A stretch of 34,373 bases of DNA from Promethearchaeota archaeon (GTDB lineage Archaea > Asgardarchaeota > Lokiarchaeia > Sigyniarchaeales > SOKP01): contig JAUVXW010000043.1 in the NCBI GenBank assembly GCA_030603385.1, forward strand, positions 1 through 34,373. The letters run 5' to 3'. This document shows positions 25,760-34,373 of the stretch, one piece after another. Within the stretch, counting starts at the first letter, position 1; every line of letters begins with the position of its first letter. The notes under the pieces were generated by a model. That model was not told where the DNA came from, did no database searches, and was given only the letters and a program-made list of their open reading frames with translations. Position numbers and translations under genes: made by a program.

Positions 25760-26797
25760 GTGAAACTCATCGAAAGCATTCACATCGATAATGTCTCTTA
25801 CCGTAGATTAATTAAATTATTGAGAGTCAAAACAGGTCTAAACTTTGAATATTATAATAAGCCTTTTATTGAAAAACGTATAAAATCAAGGATGATTCGA
25901 GTAAATTGTGATGATCCTGAAGATTATTTAAAACAAATTTCCTCACAGAAAGAAGAGGTAAAGAAATTTGTGGATGGTTTCACAATAAATTATACTTTCT
26001 TCTTTAGGGATTATGATGTTTTTGAAACCTTCCAAGATATTCTACTGCATGGTTTAAACGTTTCTAAAAAAGATGTGAATAGTGATATTAAACCTGCTCC
26101 TTCGAAACGGGCTAATTTTCGCACAAAAGCTAATGCTGCTAAAAATATAGTAAAAAATAGGAAATTAACATATAAACCAGAGAAATCTTATGTTGATATC
26201 TTTATCTTTCTTAATCAGTTAGCATTTTACAAAAAAATAAAACTTGTTCCAAGTGAGAAAAATTCGATAAACGTATGGTCATGTCCGTGTGCAACAGGTG
26301 AAGAACCATATTCAATTGCCATGATTATGGATAATCTTAAAACTCAAGTTCCACGTTTCCCAAAGTACAGAATTGTGGCATCTGATATAGCACATGAAGC
26401 CATAGAAAAAGCAAAAATTGGTATATATACCCATGATTCTATGAAAGAAATTTCAGATTATTATGAAAACAAGTATTTTACTAAACAAAAGACTCATTTT
26501 GGATATAATAGTTCAATAAGTGGAACAATTAAAAATAAAGTTGAATTTGTAGAAGAAGATGTAACAACGGGTCATAATAGGCCATATAAATATGATATTA
26601 TTTTTTGCAGATACCTTTTAATCTATTTTAATCGCGAGAACCGCGCTAAATTTCTGAAAATTATTGAGAATCGGTTGGTTGAAAATGGTATTCTAGTATT
26701 GGGTAAAACTGAGACCCTTTTCGATTCATGGGGTAGTTTAAAGTTAATTGACTCAAGAAATAGGATCTATATTAAATCTCATTCCAATTTATATTAG
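25760..26797 (+). CDS. cheR: CheR-family SAM-dependent protein-glutamate methyltransferase with a basic insertion
   Basis: TINYTFFFRD, WSCPCATGEEPYSIAM, ASDI, YDIIFCRYLLIYF and LVLGKTE. Confidence 0.85.
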   Translation: MKLIESIHIDNVSYRRLIKLLRVKTGLNFEYYNKPFIEKRIKSRMIRVNCDDPEDYLKQISSQKEEVKKFVDGFTINYTFFFRDYDVFETFQDILLHGLNVSKKDVNSDIKPAPSKRANFRTKANAAKNIVKNRKLTYKPEKSYVDIFIFLNQLAFYKKIKLVPSEKNSINVWSCPCATGEEPYSIAMIMDNLKTQVPRFPKYRIVASDIAHEAIEKAKIGIYTHDSMKEISDYYENKYFTKQKTHFGYNSSISGTIKNKVEFVEEDVTTGHNRPYKYDIIFCRYLLIYFNRENRAKFLKIIENRLVENGILVLGKTETLFDSWGSLKLIDSRNRIYIKSHSNLY

Positions 26798-26814
26798 AAT
26801 TTTGATTATGCTAA

Positions 26815-27573
26815 TCAAAGTATAAAAGGAATAAGAGCCTTCCGTTTTTTAGGATAATCAGTAAAAGTATTTACATACCATAAATGATTAGATCGCGCCC
26901 TAGGTGCAAGGTTCGCAAATGTCCACACAGCAAATACGAGTCCCGGGAAAGACCATGTCATAATTGCCCATTCTGTCCATTCCGTAATCTCTCCTAAATA
27001 ACTAGGACAACTCACGTATCTAAACATTCCTCCATAAGGGATTTTATATTCTGTTTCTCCTGGTTTCCTTAATTTACGGATAATATAGTCTGAATGCATA
27101 TTGATTATAAATCCACATATGAAGATAATAACACCGATAATAAACATAGGAGTTAAAATCCAATTTGTAGTATAAGGAGTAGAAAAAGTATAAATCCATC
27201 TTGCTTGCAAATAGGTGTTAATACCATTAAATGTAATCCCCATGAAAATAATTGTTATAGGCATAGGCTGTTTACCACGTATTAAAAAAGGGAATATAAA
27301 TGTTCGTTGGCAATAATGCACCATCCACATACCCATGAAAATTAGCGGGATTAAATCTGTTTTGCGATCTCCTATAAGATAGTATATAATATAGATAATA
27401 ACTGTTGGTATTTCCATTAAAAACCATCCCAATTTGTTGTTAATAGTAGGACCCCATTTCTTATTTACATGTTGACCATAACCAGCAGGAATAAAAAATA
27501 GCGCTATGAAAACAAAAACCGAAGATAATCCTAAACACAACATTAAAAAGTTGTAAATAAAAAGTTCATCCAT
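26815..27573 (-). CDS. 3-oxo-5-alpha-steroid 4-dehydrogenase (SRD5A/DET2 family) membrane reductase
   Basis: AGYGQH, GWFLME, HYCQR, NMHSDYIIRKLRKPGETEYKIPYGGMFRYVSCPSYLGE, ANLAPRA and YPKKRKALIPF. Start is probably MDELF at 27573 (the track uses 27618). Confidence 0.9.
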   Translation of the reverse strand: MDELFIYNFLMLCLGLSSVFVFIALFFIPAGYGQHVNKKWGPTINNKLGWFLMEIPTVIIYIIYYLIGDRKTDLIPLIFMGMWMVHYCQRTFIFPFLIRGKQPMPITIIFMGITFNGINTYLQARWIYTFSTPYTTNWILTPMFIIGVIIFICGFIINMHSDYIIRKLRKPGETEYKIPYGGMFRYVSCPSYLGEITEWTEWAIMTWSFPGLVFAVWTFANLAPRARSNHLWYVNTFTDYPKKRKALIPFIL

Positions 27574-27756
27574 CTTAATTAGATAATAGAATATATTTTG
27601 AGTTTTTAACTTATTCATTCTACTCTTCTACGAGAAGGACAAATAAGTATGTTTGTAAGGTTTATAATCAAATAATTTAACTTTAATAGATAACATTCAT
27701 TTTTAGGTTTATCATCTGATAAAAGAGCTATTAACGAAGTTAAAAGGATACCACAA

Positions 27757-28443
27757 ATGATCTCAAAAACTAATCTGGAGAAGTGGTCCTGCGCTTTAAA
27801 CATAATAGGTTGTATTCAATTTATTATTTTAACTTCAATTGCTATGTTTTTTTATAAAGGAGGGACTTATATTGATCCTTCCACTTCTCGTTATGTATTT
27901 TGCTATAATTATTTTAGTGATTTAGGACGAACTGTCGCTCATTCGGGAATTTCTAATACATTCTCATTTATCCTCTTTACAGTTACTCTAAGTATATGGG
28001 GTGCCTTTCAAATTCCATTTTATATTATATTCCCCCGCTTCTTTAGGAGTTCTAAAGGATTAAAAAAATTCTATTTTACTGGATCTATTTTAGGAATTCT
28101 TACTGGAATATTCTACATCGGTATTGCATTTACACCTTCAGATATCACTAATTTACTACATGATATATTTGTTTTTCTTGGATTTGGCTCTATTTTATTG
28201 AGTATTATCCTATATGCTATTGTAATATTTAAAGATAACAATTATGATAATTTGTATGCTACTGTTTTTACAATTACGGCAATAATTTTAGGTACATATT
28301 TTTTAATCCTATCGTTTTCTCCCAATAGTCAAACCACTGTTGGTCTATATATTTATGTGGTAGGGCAAAAGTTTATGATTTACACCCTTTTAATATGTAG
28401 TATTGTTCAAGGATTTGGTGCTCTAAAACAACTACCGGCTTAA
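27757..28443 (+). CDS. DUF998-like multi-pass membrane protein
   Basis: YxGG...NYFSDLGRT, GIAFTP..LHDIF and QK motifs, with about 6 TM. Confidence 0.7.
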   Translation: MISKTNLEKWSCALNIIGCIQFIILTSIAMFFYKGGTYIDPSTSRYVFCYNYFSDLGRTVAHSGISNTFSFILFTVTLSIWGAFQIPFYIIFPRFFRSSKGLKKFYFTGSILGILTGIFYIGIAFTPSDITNLLHDIFVFLGFGSILLSIILYAIVIFKDNNYDNLYATVFTITAIILGTYFLILSFSPNSQTTVGLYIYVVGQKFMIYTLLICSIVQGFGALKQLPA

Positions 28444-28518
28444 ACTTATTCTACAATAGTTTTTAAGGCTTTTATCCTTTTTTTTACTACCATTCATTTT
28501 AAAACTAATTTAACTACG

Positions 28519-29253
28519 ATGAGTAGAGAACAACAATTAATAGAAAGGCTCCGATCTGGTTCTTTGAAAGCTATAATCTTTGATTTTGATGGGACTTTAC
28601 TTGACATACGAGAAATACTTGAAAAATCAATTGAAGAAATTCTTGTTAAAAAAAATATTAATATCGATATGGAAACAACAATTCAAGAAATCGGGGCTTT
28701 GCTAGAGACAATTCAAGGATACCCCTTACCAAAAGTATTACTTGAATCCTATGAGATTTTCAAACATATAACTAGCTTACAAAAATTAAGTTATTTTAAA
28801 CAATTAAGAATAGCTATGGAGATTTTTTCGAAATATCTCGAATATTCAAAAGATGCTCCTTTACTGTCTGGAGTGAAACCATTGATAAAAAAACTTGCTA
28901 AATCTCACGATCTTTTTATTGTTTCCCATAATAAAACAGAAACAATTAAGGAGCATTTAGAAAAAGAAAGTATTGACGATTGTTTTAAAGGAGTTTATGG
29001 TAGTGATAAAATTCCTGTACAAAAACCAGATCCAATGGCACTTCAACCACCTTTAGAGACATATAATAATCGTAAAAGAAATGAATTTCTAATGATAGGT
29101 GATATGCCATCAGATATAACTGCTGGTAGCGAAGCAGGGTTTTGGACTATAGGCGTTGCAAGTGGAGTAAGTAAAAAAGAGATTTTATCAGAATATAGAC
29201 CAGATCTATTAATAGATTCCTTTGATGATTTATTAAAAATATTAAAAAATTAA
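28519..29253 (+). CDS. HAD-superfamily hydrolase (phosphoglycolate phosphatase-like)
   Basis: FDFDGTL, VSHN, KPDP and IGDMPSD. Confidence 0.9.
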   Translation: MSREQQLIERLRSGSLKAIIFDFDGTLLDIREILEKSIEEILVKKNINIDMETTIQEIGALLETIQGYPLPKVLLESYEIFKHITSLQKLSYFKQLRIAMEIFSKYLEYSKDAPLLSGVKPLIKKLAKSHDLFIVSHNKTETIKEHLEKESIDDCFKGVYGSDKIPVQKPDPMALQPPLETYNNRKRNEFLMIGDMPSDITAGSEAGFWTIGVASGVSKKEILSEYRPDLLIDSFDDLLKILKN

Positions 29254-29415
29254 GTCTTTTTCTGAATGAAACTAGCACCTAAGAAAATAAATCATTGTTT
29301 TTTCACATTTTTGTGTACTTAAATATAAAAACCAATTCTACTATGGTATGTTTAATTCATTTTATTTAAAAATAAGAATATAAAATATATATTAAAAAAA
29401 TCTAAATGATTAATT

Positions 29416-31830
29416 ATGAAAATTTCAAAAAGAAATAGACCACTTGTCTTAATTTCACTTATTCTTTTTCCTATGGTAATCATACTTTGTTCCTTTAGCT
29501 TAAATGTCCAAGCTGGACCACCTATTCCCGAACCAGATCCTAATAATGGTTGGCATTGGGATGTCGATGTAGGAGATCAGATATATTTCGAAGGTGAATT
29601 TATACTAACGAATTCTACCAATGGTGAAGTATATTCAATGTGGAAAGACATTTGGATCTATAATATTACAACTATTGAAGATGTTATTATCGACTGGTTA
29701 GGAACACATGAGTTTTCTCAAGTTAATGCGACACAGTGTTATTATAATGTCACAGAGGGAGAATTAGAAGCCTATTATGACGGATACTCATCAGAAATTG
29801 CTCTTTTCGGATATGATAGCACTGATCCTATCACACATCGAATTAGGGCAGGTAATAATGGAATACCCTTTATCTTACCCATTAATGGATCAAGTGGAGT
29901 AGAAGTTGATATATTAGCCCCGATTATAAACGAAACCTTTTATTATCCTATGGGAAATATGGCATTTAATGCTTTTGATAATTATGCTTTTGATGTTGGT
30001 TTAAATAGGATACATTTCTGGAATTCTACCGATGGATTTTTTTCAGATGGCTATTACTATGATAATGGAACCTTGGAATATGGAGAGGTTTATTTAGAGG
30101 CATATATGGGAGACGGTCCAATTTATATAAATGCTACGATAAGACAAGTTAATAATTATGATATTACTGATGAAGTCGAATGGGGTGTTAATGTTGGAGA
30201 TGAAATCCCTTTTACGATGTATATGGGTTCTAGTGATGTGGATGATGCTGATGAAATAATACTAAATATTACGCATTTTGATGAGGTATTGTTTAATAAA
30301 TCGAAAAATAGCTTTAGTGATGAAGATAATATCTATATGGTATATCAAGCTGTTTTTGCTGATATGTTCATGTGGAATGGAACAGATTATAATTTCATAG
30401 AGAATACCATGATAAGTGCATCTAATAATTTTTATCCCCAATATTATGATGAAGTAGGAGGAGATCCAATAATGCCTCTCCTCTGGCCTATAAATGTTCC
30501 ACTGGAAGACTATGAATTTATGTGGAACCTTGATACACTTCGCATCTGGGAGGGAATGCGCTATGATACGATAAACATTATGGAAAATGGATTGCTTGAG
30601 TTTGAATTGAGCAATTCCACAAGCATAGATTATGTAGAAATCCAAATGAATAAAACAACTGGTATTACAAAATCATTTCTAAATATAAATTCTGAAGAAG
30701 AAGTTATGTACTTTGAAGTAAGGTCTCAAACTTTAGTGGATTGGTCTGTAAATGTTGGTGATATTCTTTATTATAAAAATAATGAAGAAGATTTATGGGA
30801 TGAAAAAGCAACTATACTTGGAATTGGTAGTGTATATGCAAATATGAGTGAAATGTTTGTTCCAATGGGAATAGCCTTACCTTCTGGTCAACCAGAGTAT
30901 CAATTCTTTTCTTACCTCTATGCTAACATATTTGAGTGGGATTCTAATACAAATTCTTGGGATCTTGATGATGGACGACCATTTGCTATAGCAAATATTT
31001 ATTGGCCAATATCACCTCTACAATTTGAATTCGGTCCTCCTGTATTAATGCCAGAAGGAACAACGAGCTCTGAACTTTCTGGTCTCTTTGATTTTTATAG
31101 CAGTGTTTTCGATGTTATTACATATAGTCCTGGCCATGTACTACTTAGAAATTCTACATTAGATAGAGAGCTAAATTTTTATTTCGACGAGACTTCTGGA
31201 AGAGTAACAATGATGTCTGGCTGGATGAAACAACCAACTCCAGGATCAGATTGGAATTACATGTCAATTTACCCCAAATTCTATGAAGCACTCACTCCGG
31301 GATCAAATTCCTTTACATTAAGCACTGATTTTGATTCAGGAATAACTGTTAGTATGGATGTTGATGTAAGTATAGGAGTGCCAGAAGCGGCATTAATCTA
31401 TAATTATTTCACAATGAATCCTGTGAACGTGTCGTTGCCAAATGGCACTGCTATGGCTTACTTTGATCAACTATTCGTCAATCATTATTTAATTAGCGGT
31501 AATATTACTATGACAATAACTCTCCCCACATCTATAGATCTTACTGAAATGATATTCTTCTTCTATGCTTATAATATGAGTGGGACCCATGAATGGGATT
31601 CTCCACCTCCAGAATTTTACATTGACTCTGTCACTTATAATTTTGTATTAAATACGATAACAATTGAGATGCCAGCATGGGATAGAGGGGTAATATCTGC
31701 AATGGCTTATTTTTCTATAGAAGATATTCCTGATACGGTTGAAGAAATACCGGGTTATAACATATTCTTCCTATCATTGATGATGATAATTGTCTCTGGT
31801 CTAGTAATTAGGAAAGTACGCAAGAAATAG
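29416..31830 (+). CDS. Large acidic surface glycoprotein with three internal repeat domains and a Loki-CTERM-like anchor
   Basis: Signal peptide and repeats starting WDVDVGD, WGVNVGD and WSVNVGD, with many N-x-S/T sequons. C-terminus is IPGYN followed by a TM helix and RKVRKK. Confidence 0.85.
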   Translation: MKISKRNRPLVLISLILFPMVIILCSFSLNVQAGPPIPEPDPNNGWHWDVDVGDQIYFEGEFILTNSTNGEVYSMWKDIWIYNITTIEDVIIDWLGTHEFSQVNATQCYYNVTEGELEAYYDGYSSEIALFGYDSTDPITHRIRAGNNGIPFILPINGSSGVEVDILAPIINETFYYPMGNMAFNAFDNYAFDVGLNRIHFWNSTDGFFSDGYYYDNGTLEYGEVYLEAYMGDGPIYINATIRQVNNYDITDEVEWGVNVGDEIPFTMYMGSSDVDDADEIILNITHFDEVLFNKSKNSFSDEDNIYMVYQAVFADMFMWNGTDYNFIENTMISASNNFYPQYYDEVGGDPIMPLLWPINVPLEDYEFMWNLDTLRIWEGMRYDTINIMENGLLEFELSNSTSIDYVEIQMNKTTGITKSFLNINSEEEVMYFEVRSQTLVDWSVNVGDILYYKNNEEDLWDEKATILGIGSVYANMSEMFVPMGIALPSGQPEYQFFSYLYANIFEWDSNTNSWDLDDGRPFAIANIYWPISPLQFEFGPPVLMPEGTTSSELSGLFDFYSSVFDVITYSPGHVLLRNSTLDRELNFYFDETSGRVTMMSGWMKQPTPGSDWNYMSIYPKFYEALTPGSNSFTLSTDFDSGITVSMDVDVSIGVPEAALIYNYFTMNPVNVSLPNGTAMAYFDQLFVNHYLISGNITMTITLPTSIDLTEMIFFFYAYNMSGTHEWDSPPPEFYIDSVTYNFVLNTITIEMPAWDRGVISAMAYFSIEDIPDTVEEIPGYNIFFLSLMMIIVSGLVIRKVRKK

Positions 31831-31850
31831 ATAAAATCTAAATTTTATTC

Positions 31851-31861
31851 TTTTTTTTTTT
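31851..31861 (+). terminator. Oligo-T archaeal-type terminator after the surface protein gene
   Basis: T11 run 20 bp after the stop codon. Confidence 0.45.
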
Positions 31862-31890
31862 CTTTATATTATTTTAAAGATTTAATTCAT

Positions 31891-32334
31891 ATGATGGAAA
31901 GAAAAGATTCCTTAAGGCAAAAATTGTTGAGTGCTACAGATACTACAAGAGTTAAAGTTAGGTTTAATGATACTGACACGATGGGCGTGGTTCATTTTAA
32001 GAATTATATGATATATTTCGATGACGGATTTGTGAGCTTCATGAACTCAATTAAAAATAAGCGGAATATTGAGGAAATGATTCATGAAGGCTTAGCATGT
32101 GGAGTAAAACATGTTGATATAACTTATGAAGGGTCTGCTATATTTGGAGATTATGTAATTGTGAAAACAAGAATAAAAGATATTGGAAACAAATCAATTA
32201 CATTCATCCATGAACTATCAAAAGAATCGGATAACACTTTATTAGCCAAAGTAGAAGCCGTACGATTCGTTTTAAATTTAAAAACCAACAAATTAATGAA
32301 TATTATGGATTTTCTTAACTACTTTTTAAAATGA
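31891..32334 (+). CDS. Acyl-CoA thioesterase (4HBT/YbgC hot-dog fold)
   Basis: VRFNDTDTMGVVHFKNYMIYFDDG motif. Confidence 0.88.
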   Translation: MMERKDSLRQKLLSATDTTRVKVRFNDTDTMGVVHFKNYMIYFDDGFVSFMNSIKNKRNIEEMIHEGLACGVKHVDITYEGSAIFGDYVIVKTRIKDIGNKSITFIHELSKESDNTLLAKVEAVRFVLNLKTNKLMNIMDFLNYFLK

Positions 32335-32582
32335 GTAGAAAAATATTTGAAAAATATAATCAAAATTGTCATTCTACTTCTTAATCTTGAGTAAGATATC
32401 CTTTATTAGAATATCTTATTTCTATTACATTTTCTGAAAATAAACATAATTACGTAATTTTCATATTTTTACGGGTATTATTCTAACCGTTATCTTTTTA
32501 TTAGAATAAATAATTATTTGACTAAATAATTAGCTTAAAAATTGAGTTTATTAAAATTTAGAGCTTTTTTTAATAAGAGAAG

Positions 32583-34259
32583 TTGAGTATTATGGAACTT
32601 GAAAAAGTAGAAAAAAAAGGGTATGAAATTGCTGAAGAAATGGAACGTGGGAAGTCAACCGAAGAGAGGATGCAAGAGGAACTTAAATACGAGAAACGTC
32701 ATCAAGACTGGACCTATAAAATTATGAAATTTAACCCTATAGATCCTCTGAATGATTTATATCGATATATCATCAAACGATTAGATTTGAAGCAAATAGA
32801 AGGACGTGTGCAATGGTGGGGGGCGTATATTTATATTAAATTTTTTGCGAGAACGCTCTGGAACTTCAAAGCAGAATATCCTAAAGGAAGCATGTTCCCA
32901 GAGTGGGGTCCGGGCATCTTAGTCGGCAATCACGAGTCCCATCTTGACCCTTTCTTCTATGGGGCAGCATGTCATAGGCGTATTCGCTATATGAGTAAAC
33001 TTGACAACTTTAAAACTCCCATCGTTAAAACTCTCTTTAATAATCTTGGAGCTTTTAAGGTTGACCGTGATACACCGGAACGAGGTTGGGAAAAAGCAAA
33101 GGAAATAATTTTGGGAGGGGAGTGGGTAGGCATATTCCCGGAAGGCACACGGTCTAAAGATGGGGAATTAGGTGAATTTAAAACTGGAGCGGTAAGACTG
33201 GCAGTTGAAATGCAAGTTCCGATCGTCCCTATGAGTGTTATTAACTCAAGGTCAGCTTTACCCAAAGGCAATTTAGTAATGAAACCTACCCAAGTTAAAG
33301 TACGTGTTGGTAATCCAATCTACTATCATGATTATAATTTCAATACAATTTCTTATGAAGAAATTCGAAGATTAACAGATGAATTGAGAAATACAATATG
33401 GGAATTACGGGAAGGTATTTACGGTAAAGAAGCGGATGAAGAACTTTCAATTGGTTCACCAGAAGAAGTTGAGAAAGCACCTAAGTTTAATATCATGAGT
33501 TACTTGAAAGCCCAAGCAAAAGGAGTAATCAAACTCATTGATGACTCTTGGTACGCTCTTTTAAGGAGTTTAGAGGAATTTGGAGTTCGGGAGCAATTTC
33601 AAAGACCGGTACATTGTTTCTCAGGAGATTTAGTTTGTGGGTGGTCTGACCTCATGATGCCGTATAAGGTAATCGATTTTGAGAAATATATCCCTGCGGA
33701 AGGTGCTGCGCTTATATGTCCAAGTCATAATTCTGAATGGGATGTACTTATACTGGCAGCAAGTATTATCCATCACCCACCAAGACGTGTTGCGTACCAA
33801 ATGGCAAAGGAATCACTTTTTAAGGCTCCCCTTGTAAATGCCTGGGTTAGAAATCATCATGCATTTCCATTAAAGCGAGGGATGCATGATGTGGATTCAT
33901 TTAATTACGCCAAAGGGCTTCTTGAGCAAGGTGAAGTAGTTATTACTTATCCAGAGGGTACTACTAATACAGGGAATGGTCAATTATTAGAAGGTCATAC
34001 TGGTCCGATGAGATTAGCAATCGAGACAAAAGTACCCATCATCCCCATTGGAATCACAGGAACCGAGAAGACTTATCCTAAGAGAGCTAAAATGTTAAGT
34101 TTCTATAAAGGTCAGATTATAAAAGCAGGTGAACCATTTATGGAACATCAACAATACTGGGACAAACAAGTGCCTGATTATGATGAGCTTAGACGATTAA
34201 CAGACAGTATGATGGCTCAAATCAAAGATTTACTTTTATATGATTCCCCCGATGCGTGA
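32583..34259 (+). CDS. Lysophospholipid acyltransferase with two tandem PlsC domains
   Basis: Domain 1 has NHESHLD and FPEGTRS. Domain 2 has SHNSEWD and YPEGTTN. Both retain HxxxxD. Confidence 0.9.
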   Translation: MSIMELEKVEKKGYEIAEEMERGKSTEERMQEELKYEKRHQDWTYKIMKFNPIDPLNDLYRYIIKRLDLKQIEGRVQWWGAYIYIKFFARTLWNFKAEYPKGSMFPEWGPGILVGNHESHLDPFFYGAACHRRIRYMSKLDNFKTPIVKTLFNNLGAFKVDRDTPERGWEKAKEIILGGEWVGIFPEGTRSKDGELGEFKTGAVRLAVEMQVPIVPMSVINSRSALPKGNLVMKPTQVKVRVGNPIYYHDYNFNTISYEEIRRLTDELRNTIWELREGIYGKEADEELSIGSPEEVEKAPKFNIMSYLKAQAKGVIKLIDDSWYALLRSLEEFGVREQFQRPVHCFSGDLVCGWSDLMMPYKVIDFEKYIPAEGAALICPSHNSEWDVLILAASIIHHPPRRVAYQMAKESLFKAPLVNAWVRNHHAFPLKRGMHDVDSFNYAKGLLEQGEVVITYPEGTTNTGNGQLLEGHTGPMRLAIETKVPIIPIGITGTEKTYPKRAKMLSFYKGQIIKAGEPFMEHQQYWDKQVPDYDELRRLTDSMMAQIKDLLLYDSPDA

Positions 34260-34280
34260 AATTCTTGAGGAACTAATAAT

Positions 34281-34373
34281 ATGGAACCAGAGTTACGCTC
34301 AACTCCAAAGAGAATAAAAGTCGGAATTCCACGAGCACTTCATTTTTATAGATATTATCCTTTTTGGAAAAAA
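34281..34373 (+). CDS. Acyl-CoA dehydratase activase-related protein (DUF2229-like), 5' part only
   Basis: MEPELRSTPKRIKVGIPRALHFYRYYPFWKK...; VGIPRAL..Y...PFW is the family's opening motif. Truncated by the window edge. Confidence 0.65.
   Translation, partial: MEPELRSTPKRIKVGIPRALHFYRYYPFWKK

Noticed and set aside
29312-29322. TGTGTACTTAA half-site resembling the LRR-RHH operator
   Set aside because: A single imperfect half-site with no partner arm.
31825-31845. AAATAGAT-AAA-ATCTA, similar to the reductase operator
   Set aside because: Different spacer, imperfect right arm, and it overlaps a stop codon, so it is plausible by chance in AT-rich DNA.
32392-32510. Several AT-rich inverted repeats upstream of the acyltransferase (TAAGATAT/ATATCTTA, AATTACGTAATT)
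   Set aside because: Low complexity, mutually unrelated, and not repeated elsewhere in the window.
1202-33271. Short antisense or overlapping ORFs in the track (e.g. 1202-1450, 5124-5471, 12888-13256, 13282-13671, 15885-16352, 24553-24882, 30262-30645, 32987-33271)
   Set aside because: They are shadows of well-supported genes, with no recognisable motifs.
1-34373. tRNA/rRNA genes, transposases, integrases, selenocysteine read-through
   Set aside because: None was recognisable by eye, and no in-frame TGA interrupting a conserved domain was seen. tRNAscan and Infernal were not run.

Overview
This is an AT-rich archaeal window that reads as Asgard archaea, most likely Lokiarchaeia. The evidence is a longin-small GTPase fusion, a Rab-like GTPase without a prenylation motif, an IPGY-type Loki-CTERM surface protein, PESIGNL-type LRRs and GGTGA/GGAGG Shine-Dalgarno motifs. 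The left arm holds a partial ABC permease, a phosphohexomutase, a small-GTPase cluster, a 2H phosphoesterase, a PUA/MCT-1-like protein and a tryptophanase-like lyase. The middle (about 10-21.5 kb) is a rearranged accessory block. It contains an Fe-S protein, a tandem duplication carrying two GC-rich DFR-like reductases, a sulfatase, a QueG/RdhA-superfamily protein, three gene remnants absent from the ORF track and a heterodimeric ABC exporter. The right arm holds HypD, an LRR-ribbon-helix-helix fusion, an orphan CheR, a steroid 5-alpha-reductase homolog, a HAD hydrolase, a surface protein, a thioesterase and a two-domain PlsC-type acyltransferase. The best candidate for an undescribed system is 23997-25558: twin TATGTAC-N7-GTACATA palindromes bracket a TATA box, followed by an unannotated 47-aa ORF and the LRR-RHH fusion. 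This suggests an autoregulated LRR-sensing one-component transcription factor. Two conserved genes appear to need CTG/ATT start codons. All family calls come from motif recognition by eye; no searches were run.
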